Assembly: GCA_963551825.1 (NCBI GenBank)
Contig: CAUVHJ010000001.1
Span: forward strand, 25,833 to 89,832
Direction of reading: 5' to 3'
DNA: 64,000 nucleotides
Source of the DNA: an uncultured Candidatus Saccharibacteria bacterium
Lineage (GTDB): Bacteria > Patescibacteriota > Saccharimonadia > Saccharimonadales > Saccharimonadaceae
The position numbers were made by a program, and so were the translations under genes. The notes below the pieces were generated by a model that saw nothing but the letters and a program-made list of their open reading frames with translations, searched no databases and had not been told where the DNA came from. Positions 55,010-64,000 of this stretch are shown here, one piece after another. The stretch's first letter is position 1, and each line of letters begins with the position of its first letter.

Positions 55010-55462
55010 CTAGCTGTCAAGGCGCCGACCGGGCAAGTGTAGGGTAGGACATAGGGTGGCGAGCAGAGACAGCAGGGTGCTGCCCATGGCTAGTTGAGTG
55101 CCCACGCCTAGCTGACCGAAACGACCGAAGATATCGCCCGGGCCGAAGGAGTTGTAGCTTAGCCACAAGTAGACGATGAGAACGACCAGTAGAGTGCCGA
55201 CTAGCCCGACCAACTTAGAGCCGAGAGTAGCTGAGACGAGCAGGACAATGGCTAGGACGAAGATGACCGGCGCCATATGGATGGAATTGAGCAGCTCGAC
55301 GTCCAGAGTGACAGATCCGCCGGATAGATTGTGGATGGCGCTGGATAGTAAGCGTCCAAAGCTGGTATCGGCCGGTAGCTGACCATTGATCCAGGTCATC
55401 TGGCTGCTGCAGAGAAGCAGTATGCCTGCTACCATCATCATTAATCGTCGAAGTGATTTCAT
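55010..55462 (-). CDS. Small polytopic membrane protein, hypothetical
   Basis: The product has 4 hydrophobic segments (MMMVAGILLLCSSQ, MAPVIFVLAIVLLVSATLG, LVGLVGTLLVVLIVYLWL, LAMGSTLLSLLATL). Confidence 0.45.
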   Translation of the reverse strand: MKSLRRLMMMVAGILLLCSSQMTWINGQLPADTSFGRLLSSAIHNLSGGSVTLDVELLNSIHMAPVIFVLAIVLLVSATLGSKLVGLVGTLLVVLIVYLWLSYNSFGPGDIFGRFGQLGVGTQLAMGSTLLSLLATLCPTLHLPGRRLDS

Positions 55463-55523
55463 ATACGATATTATACTACAGCCGCTTATGCTCAGGCGGT
55501 CGAAGCTTTGCTATAATATGCTT

Positions 55524-56372
55524 ATGGTAAAACCGCCGGTGGATGAAGTACAGCTGATCGAATATCATGCGACTAGTATTCGACGTCAAATCATCCAGAT
55601 GCTGGCACTGGCCGGTTCGGGTCATCCCGCCAGCTCGCTGGGGCTGGTAGAAGTGCTGGCTTGTCTATATTTTAATGTCCTTCGTTATAATCCGGCCGAT
55701 CCTGATGACGATCAGCGGGATCTACTGGTGATGTCTAATGGTCATGCTTGCCCGGCTCTCTATGCCACCTTGGCAGAGGCGGGGCTAATCGACCCGCTGG
55801 AGCTACGCCATCTGCGCCAATATGGTTCGAGGCTACAAGGTCACCCCGAGCGGACTCGCCTGCCTTGGCTGGAGACGACGTCCGGTCCACTGGGCGAGGG
55901 ATTGTCGCAGGCTGCCGGTATGGCTTATAGTTTGCGATACTTGGATTCACCTAATGATCGCCGAGTTTACTGCATTGTCAGTGACGGCGAGCTGGATGAG
56001 GGTAATATCTGGGAGGCGGTGATGTTTGCCGGTAAATATCATCTGGCGAATCTAGTGGCTATAGTTGACTGCAATGATATTCAGCTGTCGGGCAGGGTAG
56101 ATCAGATCATGCCACTGGGTGACTTGGCTCAGCGTTGGCGGGCTGCCGGCTGGCGGGTGAGTCAAATCGCCGACGGTAATGATGCCACAGAGCTGCTGAC
56201 GGCGCTCGGCAATATTCGAGGGTCTCGGCGGGTTAGCAAGCCATTAGCACTGCTTACTCACACTTGCCCGGGCAAAGGGGTGAGCTTCATGGAGCACGAT
56301 TACCATTGGCATGGTCGACCGCTGAGTGAGGCAGAGGCCGGGCGAGCCTTGGCGGAGCTGGGAGTGAGATGA
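55524..56372 (+). CDS. Transketolase, N-terminal (TPP-binding) subunit
   Basis: Motifs are GSGHPASSLG, SNGHACPALYA and VSDGELDEGN. The start is placed at ATG 55524 (or 55518), after TGcTATAAT at 55509..55517. The ORF-track start at 55386 would overlap the opposite-strand gene. Confidence 0.85.
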   Translation: MVKPPVDEVQLIEYHATSIRRQIIQMLALAGSGHPASSLGLVEVLACLYFNVLRYNPADPDDDQRDLLVMSNGHACPALYATLAEAGLIDPLELRHLRQYGSRLQGHPERTRLPWLETTSGPLGEGLSQAAGMAYSLRYLDSPNDRRVYCIVSDGELDEGNIWEAVMFAGKYHLANLVAIVDCNDIQLSGRVDQIMPLGDLAQRWRAAGWRVSQIADGNDATELLTALGNIRGSRRVSKPLALLTHTCPGKGVSFMEHDYHWHGRPLSEAEAGRALAELGVR

Positions 56373-57349
56373 TGCAGCTGGCTAATGACTTCACCCAGGG
56401 CAATCCGGTCAGGCAGTCTCTGCGACATAGCTTCGGGCAGAGCTTGCTGGAGCTGGCTCGGCAGGATGAACGGATCGTGGCACTTTCGGCTGACTTAGCC
56501 GGTTCGGTCGGGCTAGGTGACTTCGTCCAGGAGATGGGGCATCGCTATATTGAGGTGGGAGTGGCCGAACAAAACTTAGTGACGGTGGCTAGCGGTCTGG
56601 CCCACATGGGCAAGATACCTTTCGCTGCCAGCTATGCCAGCTTTAGTCCGGGGCGCAACTGGGAGCAGATTCGCACGTCCGTTTGCCTGAATGATCAGCC
56701 GGTTAGGCTAATCGGTAGTCATGCCGGGCTGAACGTGGGGGCGGATGGAGCATCACACCAGATGCTGGAGGATATCGCACTGATGCGGGTACTGCCCGGT
56801 ATGGTAGTCCTGGCACCGGGTGATAGCATCGAAGCAGCGCAATTCACCCGCTTGATGGCTCAGGATAATCACCCTAGCTACATGCGTTTACCGAGAGTTG
56901 ACCTGCCGGTCTACAATGACCCGGCGAATGAATATCAGATTGGGCGGGCTTATGTACTACGTCGGGATGATCAACCGGTGGTGTCGGTCGTTACTACCGG
57001 ATCGATGACGGGTAATGCCCTACTGGCGGCGCAGACACTATCGCAGAAAGGCATCGCCAGTGAAGTGGTTCACGTGCCGACGATCAAGCCGCTTGACCAG
57101 GCGACTATTCTTGGCTCAGTTGGTCGTACCAAAGTGGTAGTGACGGTGGAAGAGCATCAAGTTAGTGGTGGCTTAGGCTCAGCGATAGCGGAGCTGGTAC
57201 TAGAATCGGACATTCGTCCAACTAAGTTTTATCGGATCGGCGTGAACGACCGTTTCGGTCAGTCGGGTACAGCGACGAATCTGTGGCGACATTATCAGCT
57301 GGACGTCGGAGGAATCGTCGAGCAAATCTTAGCTCTGCTTGATAACTAG
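56369..57349 (+). CDS. Transketolase, C-terminal (pyrimidine-binding) subunit
   Basis: Motifs are YIEVGVAEQNLV, GSHAGLNVGADGASHQ and VVTVEEHQVSGGLGSA. The gene overlaps the N-subunit gene by 4 nt. Confidence 0.88.
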   Translation: MMQLANDFTQGNPVRQSLRHSFGQSLLELARQDERIVALSADLAGSVGLGDFVQEMGHRYIEVGVAEQNLVTVASGLAHMGKIPFAASYASFSPGRNWEQIRTSVCLNDQPVRLIGSHAGLNVGADGASHQMLEDIALMRVLPGMVVLAPGDSIEAAQFTRLMAQDNHPSYMRLPRVDLPVYNDPANEYQIGRAYVLRRDDQPVVSVVTTGSMTGNALLAAQTLSQKGIASEVVHVPTIKPLDQATILGSVGRTKVVVTVEEHQVSGGLGSAIAELVLESDIRPTKFYRIGVNDRFGQSGTATNLWRHYQLDVGGIVEQILALLDN

Positions 57350-57368
57350 CTTATGGTAAAATAGACCT

Positions 57369-58370
57369 ATGAAAGCTGATCACAAGCTTAGCTTCCTCTG
57401 TATTGGCTCGTCGTCATATGATGTTTATCTGCGCAACGTAGCTGATCTGGCTCCGGTCTGCACTAACCCCGAGGACTGCTTCTACAATATCCACCTAGGC
57501 GACAAGATCTACGTTAACCAAGTAGACTTCATGACTGGTGGTGGAGCATCTAATGCCTCGGTAACTTTTGCTCGGGGTGGACAAAAGTCATACTTCATGG
57601 GGCTGATTGGCTGTGATACGCCGGGTTCGGCTTGTCTGGCGACTTTTACCGAGGAGGGGGTCGATACTAAGTATGTCTCCTACTCCAAGCGCTATCACAC
57701 CGACTATTCGACTCTACTGCTAGCTCCCAGCGGCGAGCGGTCAATCTTGACCCATCGAGGCTGCGGGGCGCATGTCAAGCCTAGTCACTTTGACCTGGAT
57801 CGGGTCGATGAACCGATCGACTGGATCTACATGACCTCGATGGTGGGACATTTTGAGATTTATCGTCAGATAGTGCGCCAAGCCCGTCGGCGCCGGATCA
57901 AGATTGCTTTTAATCCGGGCGGAGTTGAGTTGGATCATCCTGATGAGCTGAGGAAGTTGCTACCGGACATTGAGATCCTCTCAGTCAATAAGGAAGAGGC
58001 GCAGAAGATCGTATCGGGCGAGACGATGCCGGAGCTACTAAAGGGGCTAAGAGAGCTCTGCCCGGTGGTTATCATTACTGATGGTGTCAATGGCGCAGTT
58101 CTCGCTGATCGGACAGAGGCTATCTGGGCGGGGCTATACCACCCGGAGCATGTTTCGGTCGATCGGACCGGGGCGGGCGATTCGTTCTGCTCGGGCTTTA
58201 CCCTGCAATATGCCCTGGGCGAGGGGCTGCGGCGCTCGGTTCACTACGCTACCGCTAACTCAGCCTCGGTAGTTGTCCGGATTGGCTCGAAACCGGGCAT
58301 CTTAAGAGGCGATAATATTGATCAGCTTGACCCGATCGAGATTACTCCGCTGGATCTAACTGCCGGCTAG
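57369..58370 (+). CDS. PfkB-family carbohydrate or nucleoside kinase
   Basis: Motifs are GGGASNASVTFARGG and DRTGAGDSFCSGF. Confidence 0.8.
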   Translation: MKADHKLSFLCIGSSSYDVYLRNVADLAPVCTNPEDCFYNIHLGDKIYVNQVDFMTGGGASNASVTFARGGQKSYFMGLIGCDTPGSACLATFTEEGVDTKYVSYSKRYHTDYSTLLLAPSGERSILTHRGCGAHVKPSHFDLDRVDEPIDWIYMTSMVGHFEIYRQIVRQARRRRIKIAFNPGGVELDHPDELRKLLPDIEILSVNKEEAQKIVSGETMPELLKGLRELCPVVIITDGVNGAVLADRTEAIWAGLYHPEHVSVDRTGAGDSFCSGFTLQYALGEGLRRSVHYATANSASVVVRIGSKPGILRGDNIDQLDPIEITPLDLTAG

Positions 58371-58895
58371 ACTCAAGTAATAGAGGGCGATACCGGTAGC
58401 GACGCTGACGTTGTAGCTCTCTTTGCGCCCGAACATAGCCAGCTCTATCAGCTGATCGCAGGTGTCTTGCAGCGTAGCATCCAGCCCTCGCACTTCTTCG
58501 CCTAAGAGTAGAGCGAGCTTGTCCGGCGGCCGGAATTGGTCTAGTGGCACGCTGGCGGGAGACTGTTCCAGTCCGACGATGTGGTAGCCACTTTTCTTTA
58601 GTGAGTTAACTAGGTCAAGGACGGCGGGGTGAGCAGTTAGCTGGACGTACTGCTCGGCACCCAGTGCTGTATGGTGGAGCTGCCCGGCCAGCTTGGTCTT
58701 AATATGGGGTAGTAGGGGCAGGTAGCTTCCGTCGCTGGATCTCTCCAGATTAGGTGTCCAGCCGGTAGCATAAACCTGCTTGACGCCCAGGCACTCGGCG
58801 GTGCGGAGGATAGCACCAACATTTTGAATAGAGCGGATATTATGGGCGATGACGACGATGTTTCGGCTGGGCTTTACGAAGGAGCGGGAACGCAT
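58356..58895 (-). CDS. SpoU/TrmH-family RNA 2'-O-methyltransferase
   Basis: Motifs are IRSIQNVGAILRTAECLGV, LLLGEEVRGL and SYNVSVATGIALY. Confidence 0.8.
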   Translation of the reverse strand: MRSRSFVKPSRNIVVIAHNIRSIQNVGAILRTAECLGVKQVYATGWTPNLERSSDGSYLPLLPHIKTKLAGQLHHTALGAEQYVQLTAHPAVLDLVNSLKKSGYHIVGLEQSPASVPLDQFRPPDKLALLLGEEVRGLDATLQDTCDQLIELAMFGRKESYNVSVATGIALYYLSLAGS

Positions 58896-58938
58896 AGGCT
58901 GATTATAGCACTATGCCTATGCTAGAATGACAGGAGTA

Positions 58939-60930
58939 ATGGCGGAATACAAACTACAGACTAAGTACCAGCCAACCGGTGACCAGCCGAGAGCGATTGC
59001 TCGTCTGACTGAGGGGATAGAACGGGGCGAGAAGTATCAGACTCTGTTGGGCGTGACTGGCTCGGGCAAGACCTTTACTATGGCAAACTTGGTCAAGAAT
59101 ACCGGCAAGACTACCCTGGTGCTGGCTCACAATAAGACCCTGGCGGCACAGCTATTCTCGGAGTTTAAGCAATTCTTCCCCGAAAATGAAGTGCATTACT
59201 TCGTCTCGTACTTTGACTTCTACCAGCCTGAGGCTTATATCGCCAGCTCAGACACCTATATCGAAAAGGATTCACGGATCAATGAAGAGATCGACCGCCT
59301 GCGGCATGCTGCGACCAGTGCTCTACTGACCCACCGAGATGTAATCATCGTGGCTAGCGTCAGCTGTATCTACGGCATTGGCTCACCGGGTGATTACGCC
59401 GAGATGTCGATCAAGCTATCGCTAGGTCAGCGCTACAAGCACGACAAGTTCTTGCGTCATCTGGGCGATATCCAGTATCACCGCAACGACCTGGATTTCG
59501 CTAGGGGCAACTTCCGAGTGCGGGGCGATACAGTCGATATCTATCCCTCGGGGCGAGAGACGGCCTATCGGGTAGAGTTCTTTGGTGACGAAGTGGAGCG
59601 TATCCTGGAGATCGACCCACTGACGGGCGAGATTATAGGCTATCCACAGCATGTGACTATTTTTCCGACTAGTCACTACGTGACACCGGAGCAAAAGATG
59701 AAGCAGACGATCGAGCAGATCAGACAGGAATATCAGGTGCGACTGAAATACTTCGAGGAGCATCAGAAATATCTCGAGGCTCAGCGCTTAACCCAGCGGA
59801 TCAAGTACGATCTCGAGATGCTGGAGCAGACCGGCTTCGTCAAAGGTATTGAGAATTATAGTCGCTACTTGACCGGCCGGGCACCCGGTGAGCAGCCGGC
59901 TACTCTGCTGGACTATTTCCCTGACGATTTCCTGCTGCTGATCGATGAATCGCATATGACCATCCCGCAGGTGCGAGGCATGTACAATGGCGACCGAGCT
60001 CGTAAAGAGACACTGGTTGAGTATGGCTTTCGCCTGCCCTCCGCCTTGGATAATCGCCCGCTGACTTTCGCTGAGTTCGAGTCGCACATTGACCGGGCGG
60101 TCTTTGTCAGTGCTACGCCGGGCGAGTACGAGCTGGCGCATTCGAAAGAGCCTGTCGAACAGGTGATTCGCCCGACCGGGCTACTGGATCCCGAGATCGA
60201 GCTTCGTCCCAGCGAGCACCAGGTAGATGACCTGATGAATGAGATCCGGCTCCGGATCCGGAAGCACCAGCGCACCCTGGTGACCACCCTGACTAAGCGG
60301 ATGGCAGAGGACTTGACTGAGTTCTTGGTCGAGGCGGGAGTGAAGACGGCTTATATCCATAGTGACGTGGGCACACTGGAGCGAAGCGATATTTTGCGAG
60401 AGTTGCGGGAGGGTGTCTACGACGTGCTGGTGGGCATCAATCTACTGCGAGAGGGCTTGGATCTACCGGAGGTTAGCCTGGTGGCGATCATTGACGCTGA
60501 TAAAGAGGGCTTTCTCCGCTCGGAGTCGGCCCTGATCCAGACGATCGGTCGGGCGGCTCGCCATGTCGAGGGTAAGGTGATCATGTACGGCGATAAAGTC
60601 ACCGGGGCGATGCGCTATGCTATCGACAAGACAGAGCGACGCCGGGTGATCCAGTCTCGTTATAATGAAGAGCATGGCATCACTCCGCACTCAGTCAATA
60701 AGCTGATCGATGAGGGGCTACGAGCGGTCATCCCGGTCGATGAGTCAAAGGCGAAGCCCAAGCTGAATCTGAATAAGATTCCGACTGACGAATATCAGCA
60801 CTTGATCAGCGAGCTGACGGGGCAAATGGAGATAGCGGCGGCCAACCTGGAGTTCGAGCAGGCGGCTGAGCTGAGAGATACCATTAGCGAGATCAAGCAG
60901 AGGTTGGCGCAAAGTAAACGCCGGGGATGA
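58939..60930 (+). CDS. uvrB: Excinuclease ABC subunit B
   Basis: ATG 58927 lies inside the TAGAAT -10 box, so the start is set at ATG 58939. Motifs are [14 protein letters not shown] and a C-terminal UVR domain ([11 protein letters not shown]). Confidence 0.92.
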   Translation: MAEYKLQTKYQPTGDQPRAIARLTEGIERGEKYQTLLGVTGSGKTFTMANLVKNTGKTTLVLAHNKTLAAQLFSEFKQFFPENEVHYFVSYFDFYQPEAYIASSDTYIEKDSRINEEIDRLRHAATSALLTHRDVIIVASVSCIYGIGSPGDYAEMSIKLSLGQRYKHDKFLRHLGDIQYHRNDLDFARGNFRVRGDTVDIYPSGRETAYRVEFFGDEVERILEIDPLTGEIIGYPQHVTIFPTSHYVTPEQKMKQTIEQIRQEYQVRLKYFEEHQKYLEAQRLTQRIKYDLEMLEQTGFVKGIENYSRYLTGRAPGEQPATLLDYFPDDFLLLIDESHMTIPQVRGMYNGDRARKETLVEYGFRLPSALDNRPLTFAEFESHIDRAVFVSATPGEYELAHSKEPVEQVIRPTGLLDPEIELRPSEHQVDDLMNEIRLRIRKHQRTLVTTLTKRMAEDLTEFLVEAGVKTAYIHSDVGTLERSDILRELREGVYDVLVGINLLREGLDLPEVSLVAIIDADKEGFLRSESALIQTIGRAARHVEGKVIMYGDKVTGAMRYAIDKTERRRVIQSRYNEEHGITPHSVNKLIDEGLRAVIPVDESKAKPKLNLNKIPTDEYQHLISELTGQMEIAAANLEFEQAAELRDTISEIKQRLAQSKRRG

Positions 60931-61023
60931 GCGACACGGCCGGACGTGACACTAGCACTTTGTCGTGCTGAGTGAGTGCTGCGCCGAGCGAGCTGAAGAT
61001 CTGCTATAATTTTCATAAGCACC

Positions 61024-62973
61024 ATGAATAGACACGATAGCTATCAACAGCCGGAGGCGACAGCGAACGACGCCAATGCTGACCAATGGCAGATTGACCT
61101 GCCGGAGCAAGGAGCTAGTGAAGTAGATAACTACGGCAATGCCAGTGCTGTTAATGGCGGTAAAAATGCTAACGATACCAACCGCACCTCAGATCAGGGC
61201 GAGGCCGTTGAAGTTCGGGTGATCAAGGGCAGCCAAGATGAATCCAGCGACCGGTCCGGTCAGGTAGAGCAGGGCAGTCAAGCTGGTCAGACTGTCCAGA
61301 CTGATACCGAGGCACAATATAGCACTAACGTCGCCCCGGAAGAGCAGAGCGGTCGGGTTGTTCAGGCCGGTGCTGAGACACGGCCTAAGAAAAGGGGAAT
61401 AATAGAGCTACTTGGCTCCAGCCCGCTAGGTGTCATGGCGCAGACGGCACTCGACTCGGTGAGGCAATTTCGAGCAGAGAAGCAAATTAACAAGCAGGCG
61501 AGTCTAGTCAGAAGTATATTGAACACACCGCTTAACGCTGCTGGTTATAGCAAGCAGGAGGTGCTAGAGCAACAGCGGAGGCATGCTCAATTCAATCAGC
61601 TGGTTGAAGGCGGCGAACTTGACTTATCTAACAAGCGAGTCTTGCAGACCTATATACATAAGATGAGGACGGGGCCGGTGATGAGCGATGAGACCGTCGA
61701 ATCAGACTCCAAGTTCATTTCCAAGATGCTGCGAGAGGGTAAAATCAACTTATCTGACCCGGAGATGGCCAAAGAGTTTTTGGATACTCGTGGAAACTAT
61801 CATAACAAGTATTTTGGTATACGAGAGGCACTTGAGCTGGGTAAGCTTGACCTATCCAATGAGGATATCAAGCGCCATTTCTTAGATTCGCTTGATGACG
61901 TCAAGGCTGACAGTGTGGCTTTACTTGACGCCTCCGGTCTTCCTGTTGAGGAGATTGCAGCTAATGAACACATTCGGCAAGTTATTGTTGATGAAACAAG
62001 CGAAAGAGTGTATTCGATAAAGGCGAGTAACTATGACAACAATGAATTATCTTCGGTAGATAAAGCCGGCGATCCTTACCGCTTTGGCATCGTTAATGCA
62101 ATTTGCGCCACTGATGAGGGCAAACAATACTTAGCTGACTCGATAAATAAAGCCTCCGGATGCAAGAGCATTCAGGATGTGGGCGAGGAGATTGAGGACG
62201 ATATATTGCAGGTCATTAATTCTGAAGATAGGTGGCTTTACGGTAAACGGTATAATGAACTTACCTATAATAGTGCTCTCATCCGGAACATCGCTAAGTA
62301 CAACGGCGTACTCAGAAAGCTCGGCTGGGAGCCACTGAAGAAAGATGAGTCACTTGCTAAGTTATTTTATACGGACACAGACTACAGGTTTGACACAGAA
62401 GAACGAGCCAAGAAGTCAATTGATCTTCAAAGCAAAGCGTACAAGTTAGGGTTAGTTACTTCTGAAGTTACTGACCGATTATATAACCATCAATTCAAGG
62501 AGCTATTCGGCGAGGCGAAAAAAGGATCTAGGTTCAGTCTGAATAATACCGGTGATTATGCATTGCTGTCCGGCTATGTCGTTAGTCCTGATCTGGCTCC
62601 AAGTGACAATAACCTGATGGCTAACTACTGGCGGAAGCAATCTAGCTACTTGGGTAACGATGCGATGCGGCTCTGTATGGCGAAGGCTCTTGATATGACT
62701 GAAGAAGAGCAGGGCGATGGACAGAGACTAGATCTATCCGACCTGATAGACGGGAATGGTCTTCTCAAGGATGCATTCTTTCAGAATCGCTCAAAATCAT
62801 TTTTGCAAGACATCTGCATCCCAAGATGCGGCTTTATACATGACGACGAGGGATGGCGTACAGAGGTTGCCGGATTTCTGGAAGCGCATAAGGACCAGAC
62901 CAGTGAAGCTGACGGCAGTAGAGCAATGGTTGACCTGTTGAGTAAAATGAAAAAACGGAAACAGTGGTTATGA
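61024..62973 (+). CDS. Large hypothetical protein with a low-complexity Q/G/E/S N-terminus and repeated G-x-[LI]-[DN]-LS-[ND] modules
   Basis: TGcTATAAT (61002..61010) lies 13 nt upstream. The repeats are GGELDLSNKRV, EGKINLSDPEM and LGKLDLSNEDI. I recognised no family. Confidence 0.55.
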   Translation: MNRHDSYQQPEATANDANADQWQIDLPEQGASEVDNYGNASAVNGGKNANDTNRTSDQGEAVEVRVIKGSQDESSDRSGQVEQGSQAGQTVQTDTEAQYSTNVAPEEQSGRVVQAGAETRPKKRGIIELLGSSPLGVMAQTALDSVRQFRAEKQINKQASLVRSILNTPLNAAGYSKQEVLEQQRRHAQFNQLVEGGELDLSNKRVLQTYIHKMRTGPVMSDETVESDSKFISKMLREGKINLSDPEMAKEFLDTRGNYHNKYFGIREALELGKLDLSNEDIKRHFLDSLDDVKADSVALLDASGLPVEEIAANEHIRQVIVDETSERVYSIKASNYDNNELSSVDKAGDPYRFGIVNAICATDEGKQYLADSINKASGCKSIQDVGEEIEDDILQVINSEDRWLYGKRYNELTYNSALIRNIAKYNGVLRKLGWEPLKKDESLAKLFYTDTDYRFDTEERAKKSIDLQSKAYKLGLVTSEVTDRLYNHQFKELFGEAKKGSRFSLNNTGDYALLSGYVVSPDLAPSDNNLMANYWRKQSSYLGNDAMRLCMAKALDMTEEEQGDGQRLDLSDLIDGNGLLKDAFFQNRSKSFLQDICIPRCGFIHDDEGWRTEVAGFLEAHKDQTSEADGSRAMVDLLSKMKKRKQWL

Positions 62974-64000
62974 CGAGGAAGCTATTATTGATCTGCATCA
63001 TCTGATCGGTCTTACTAATAACTATACGGAGTTATTTGACGCTAATGGCCTGAAGTCGGAAGTCTGGCAAGACGTCTTCTCACGAGGGGGTTACCTTATG
63101 ATTCTTAGATACTATCAGAATCAAGACGAAGCCGGTAGGGAGCGGATGGGGCTGGATGACAAGCAGATAGCGGTCGCAAAGGGCGCCGGTAATATCGGTG
63201 GGAACGATAACTGGAACAGCCCTCGTCGTGCCTTCAAGTCATATGTCGAAGAACATTATGACGAACTCACCGTTGAACGGATCAAACAAGTATCAGGTAT
63301 TATTGCTCGTCTAACCAACTCTAACGCCAGTGAGCTAGCTGAGCGTTCCGAAGCTTTCACCAGCGAGCTACTCAAGCTGGATACAGACAGAATGCCTGAA
63401 GTCCTAGATAGAGTGGAGGATATCTTCATCCACAACCACTTGCCCTACGTCGGTAAGAACTACCTGGTCTTTCGAACGATGCATCCATCACCGAATCTAG
63501 AGAAAGACTTTGACTTTGGTCTCATACATAGTGATGGCAGACTTAACACGATCAGCCCCGTCCTCCAGCAAGCCACCGGCGACATAAAGAGTGGCAAGCT
63601 GGATCAGATGCTCAATAGTAGGGACGCCATCATTGTCTCCGACTTGCTCCGAGCTTCGCTCGGCTCTAACAACCGCTCCATCAGGGAATACCTGGCTACT
63701 CTAAAGAATGGTCAAACTCTACTTGATCAGCTGAGCTCAGGTGAGCTGGACTGGAATACCTTTAATCAGCCAACTAACCTAATGGATAAGGATACCAAGG
63801 CTAATTACGATACTCTCAGCACCTTCGCTTGGCACTTAGCCACTATCTATAACAGTACCTTGCCCGGTAAAGAACATCCATACCAGCTGATCCATCAGCA
63901 ATCTGGCATAGAAGAACCGTCGGCTCAACCCAACGCACTCCAAACTGACTTCGCTAACCTGACTAGTCTCATCAAACCTAACAGTCGGTACTCTCTGGCT
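62951..64000 (+). CDS. Open reading frame (350 codons, no stop) running off the window; +1 frame relative to 61024..62973; first ATG at 63098
   Basis: I translated this by hand; it is not in the supplied ORF track. The frame opens right after TGA 62948..62950 and is uninterrupted to 64000. The 49 sense codons before the first ATG suggest continuity with the upstream ORF across the A6 run at 62950..62955. Confidence 0.45.

Noticed and set aside
55386-55517. ATG 55386 as the start of the transketolase N-subunit.
   Set aside because: It would overlap the opposite-strand membrane-protein gene and read through the TGcTATAAT promoter. Homology starts near VDEVQLIEYHA.
58356-58370. The 15-nt convergent overlap of the PfkB kinase and TrmH-like genes, and the 23-nt gap between convergent uvrA and ldh without a terminator hairpin.
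   Set aside because: This is consistent with general genome compaction. Nothing beyond the tight packing points to a specific function.
1-64000. An alternative genetic code (UGA read as an amino acid, as in some CPR lineages).
   Set aside because: Conserved genes end at TGA at the expected protein lengths (sufB, nrdD, alaS, hlyB-like). No conserved protein is split at an in-frame TGA.

Overview
This is a gene-dense 64-kb window with about 60 CDS and 4 tRNA genes. I saw no rRNA, CRISPR array, integrase or transposase. The standard genetic code applies: TGA ends conserved genes such as sufB, nrdD and alaS.

The backbone is housekeeping:
- sufC-sufB-(mini sufD)-sufS-sufU on the minus strand
- anaerobic ribonucleotide reductase nrdD-nrdG
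- a catalytic-core-only alaS
- ftsA-(membrane protein)-ruvX-mltG
- a LysM/CHAP hydrolase, sbcB, dnaE, uvrA, ldh, comEC, murT-gatD and an L,D-transpeptidase
- yebC, a CYTH protein, an HTH-murA fusion, a split transketolase, a PfkB kinase, a TrmH-type methyltransferase and uvrB

The fermentative, monoderm-type, tightly packed gene content, with many ATGA-coupled genes, fits a reduced-genome Patescibacteria/CPR organism, possibly Saccharibacteria-like. That placement is inference only.

Parts that deserve attention:
1. An A+T-richer island at the left edge (3..9511). It holds a class-3 lipase fused to RTX calcium-binding repeats, followed by a HlyB-like ABC exporter and a HlyD-like protein. Two paralogous membrane-anchored proteins precede it. 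No outer-membrane component is in view.
2. alaS truncated exactly after its tRNA-recognition domain and translationally coupled to an A+T-rich two-gene module.
3. A cassette-like locus (35.7-38.1 kb). Perfectly repeated terminator and 38-nt blocks bracket an ATPase gene and a GC-rich orphan gene. The orphan's promoter spacer contains a G9 tract.
4. A 757-bp non-coding region (48.1-48.9 kb) with two paralogous long hairpins and a further nested-helix element. It lies upstream of an operon encoding an acidic repeat protein, a small membrane protein and a membrane-anchored double-AAA+ Clp-like ATPase.
5. Two tandem pseudo-copies of the tRNA-His 3' end.
6. An XRE-HTH::MurA fusion with a 20-bp perfect palindrome over its promoter.
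7. Widespread extended -10 boxes 6-10 nt upstream of start codons, suggesting leaderless or near-leaderless mRNAs.
8. A large orphan ORF whose continuation lies in the +1 frame across an A6 run.

All functional calls rest on motifs I recognised by eye. No database search was run.
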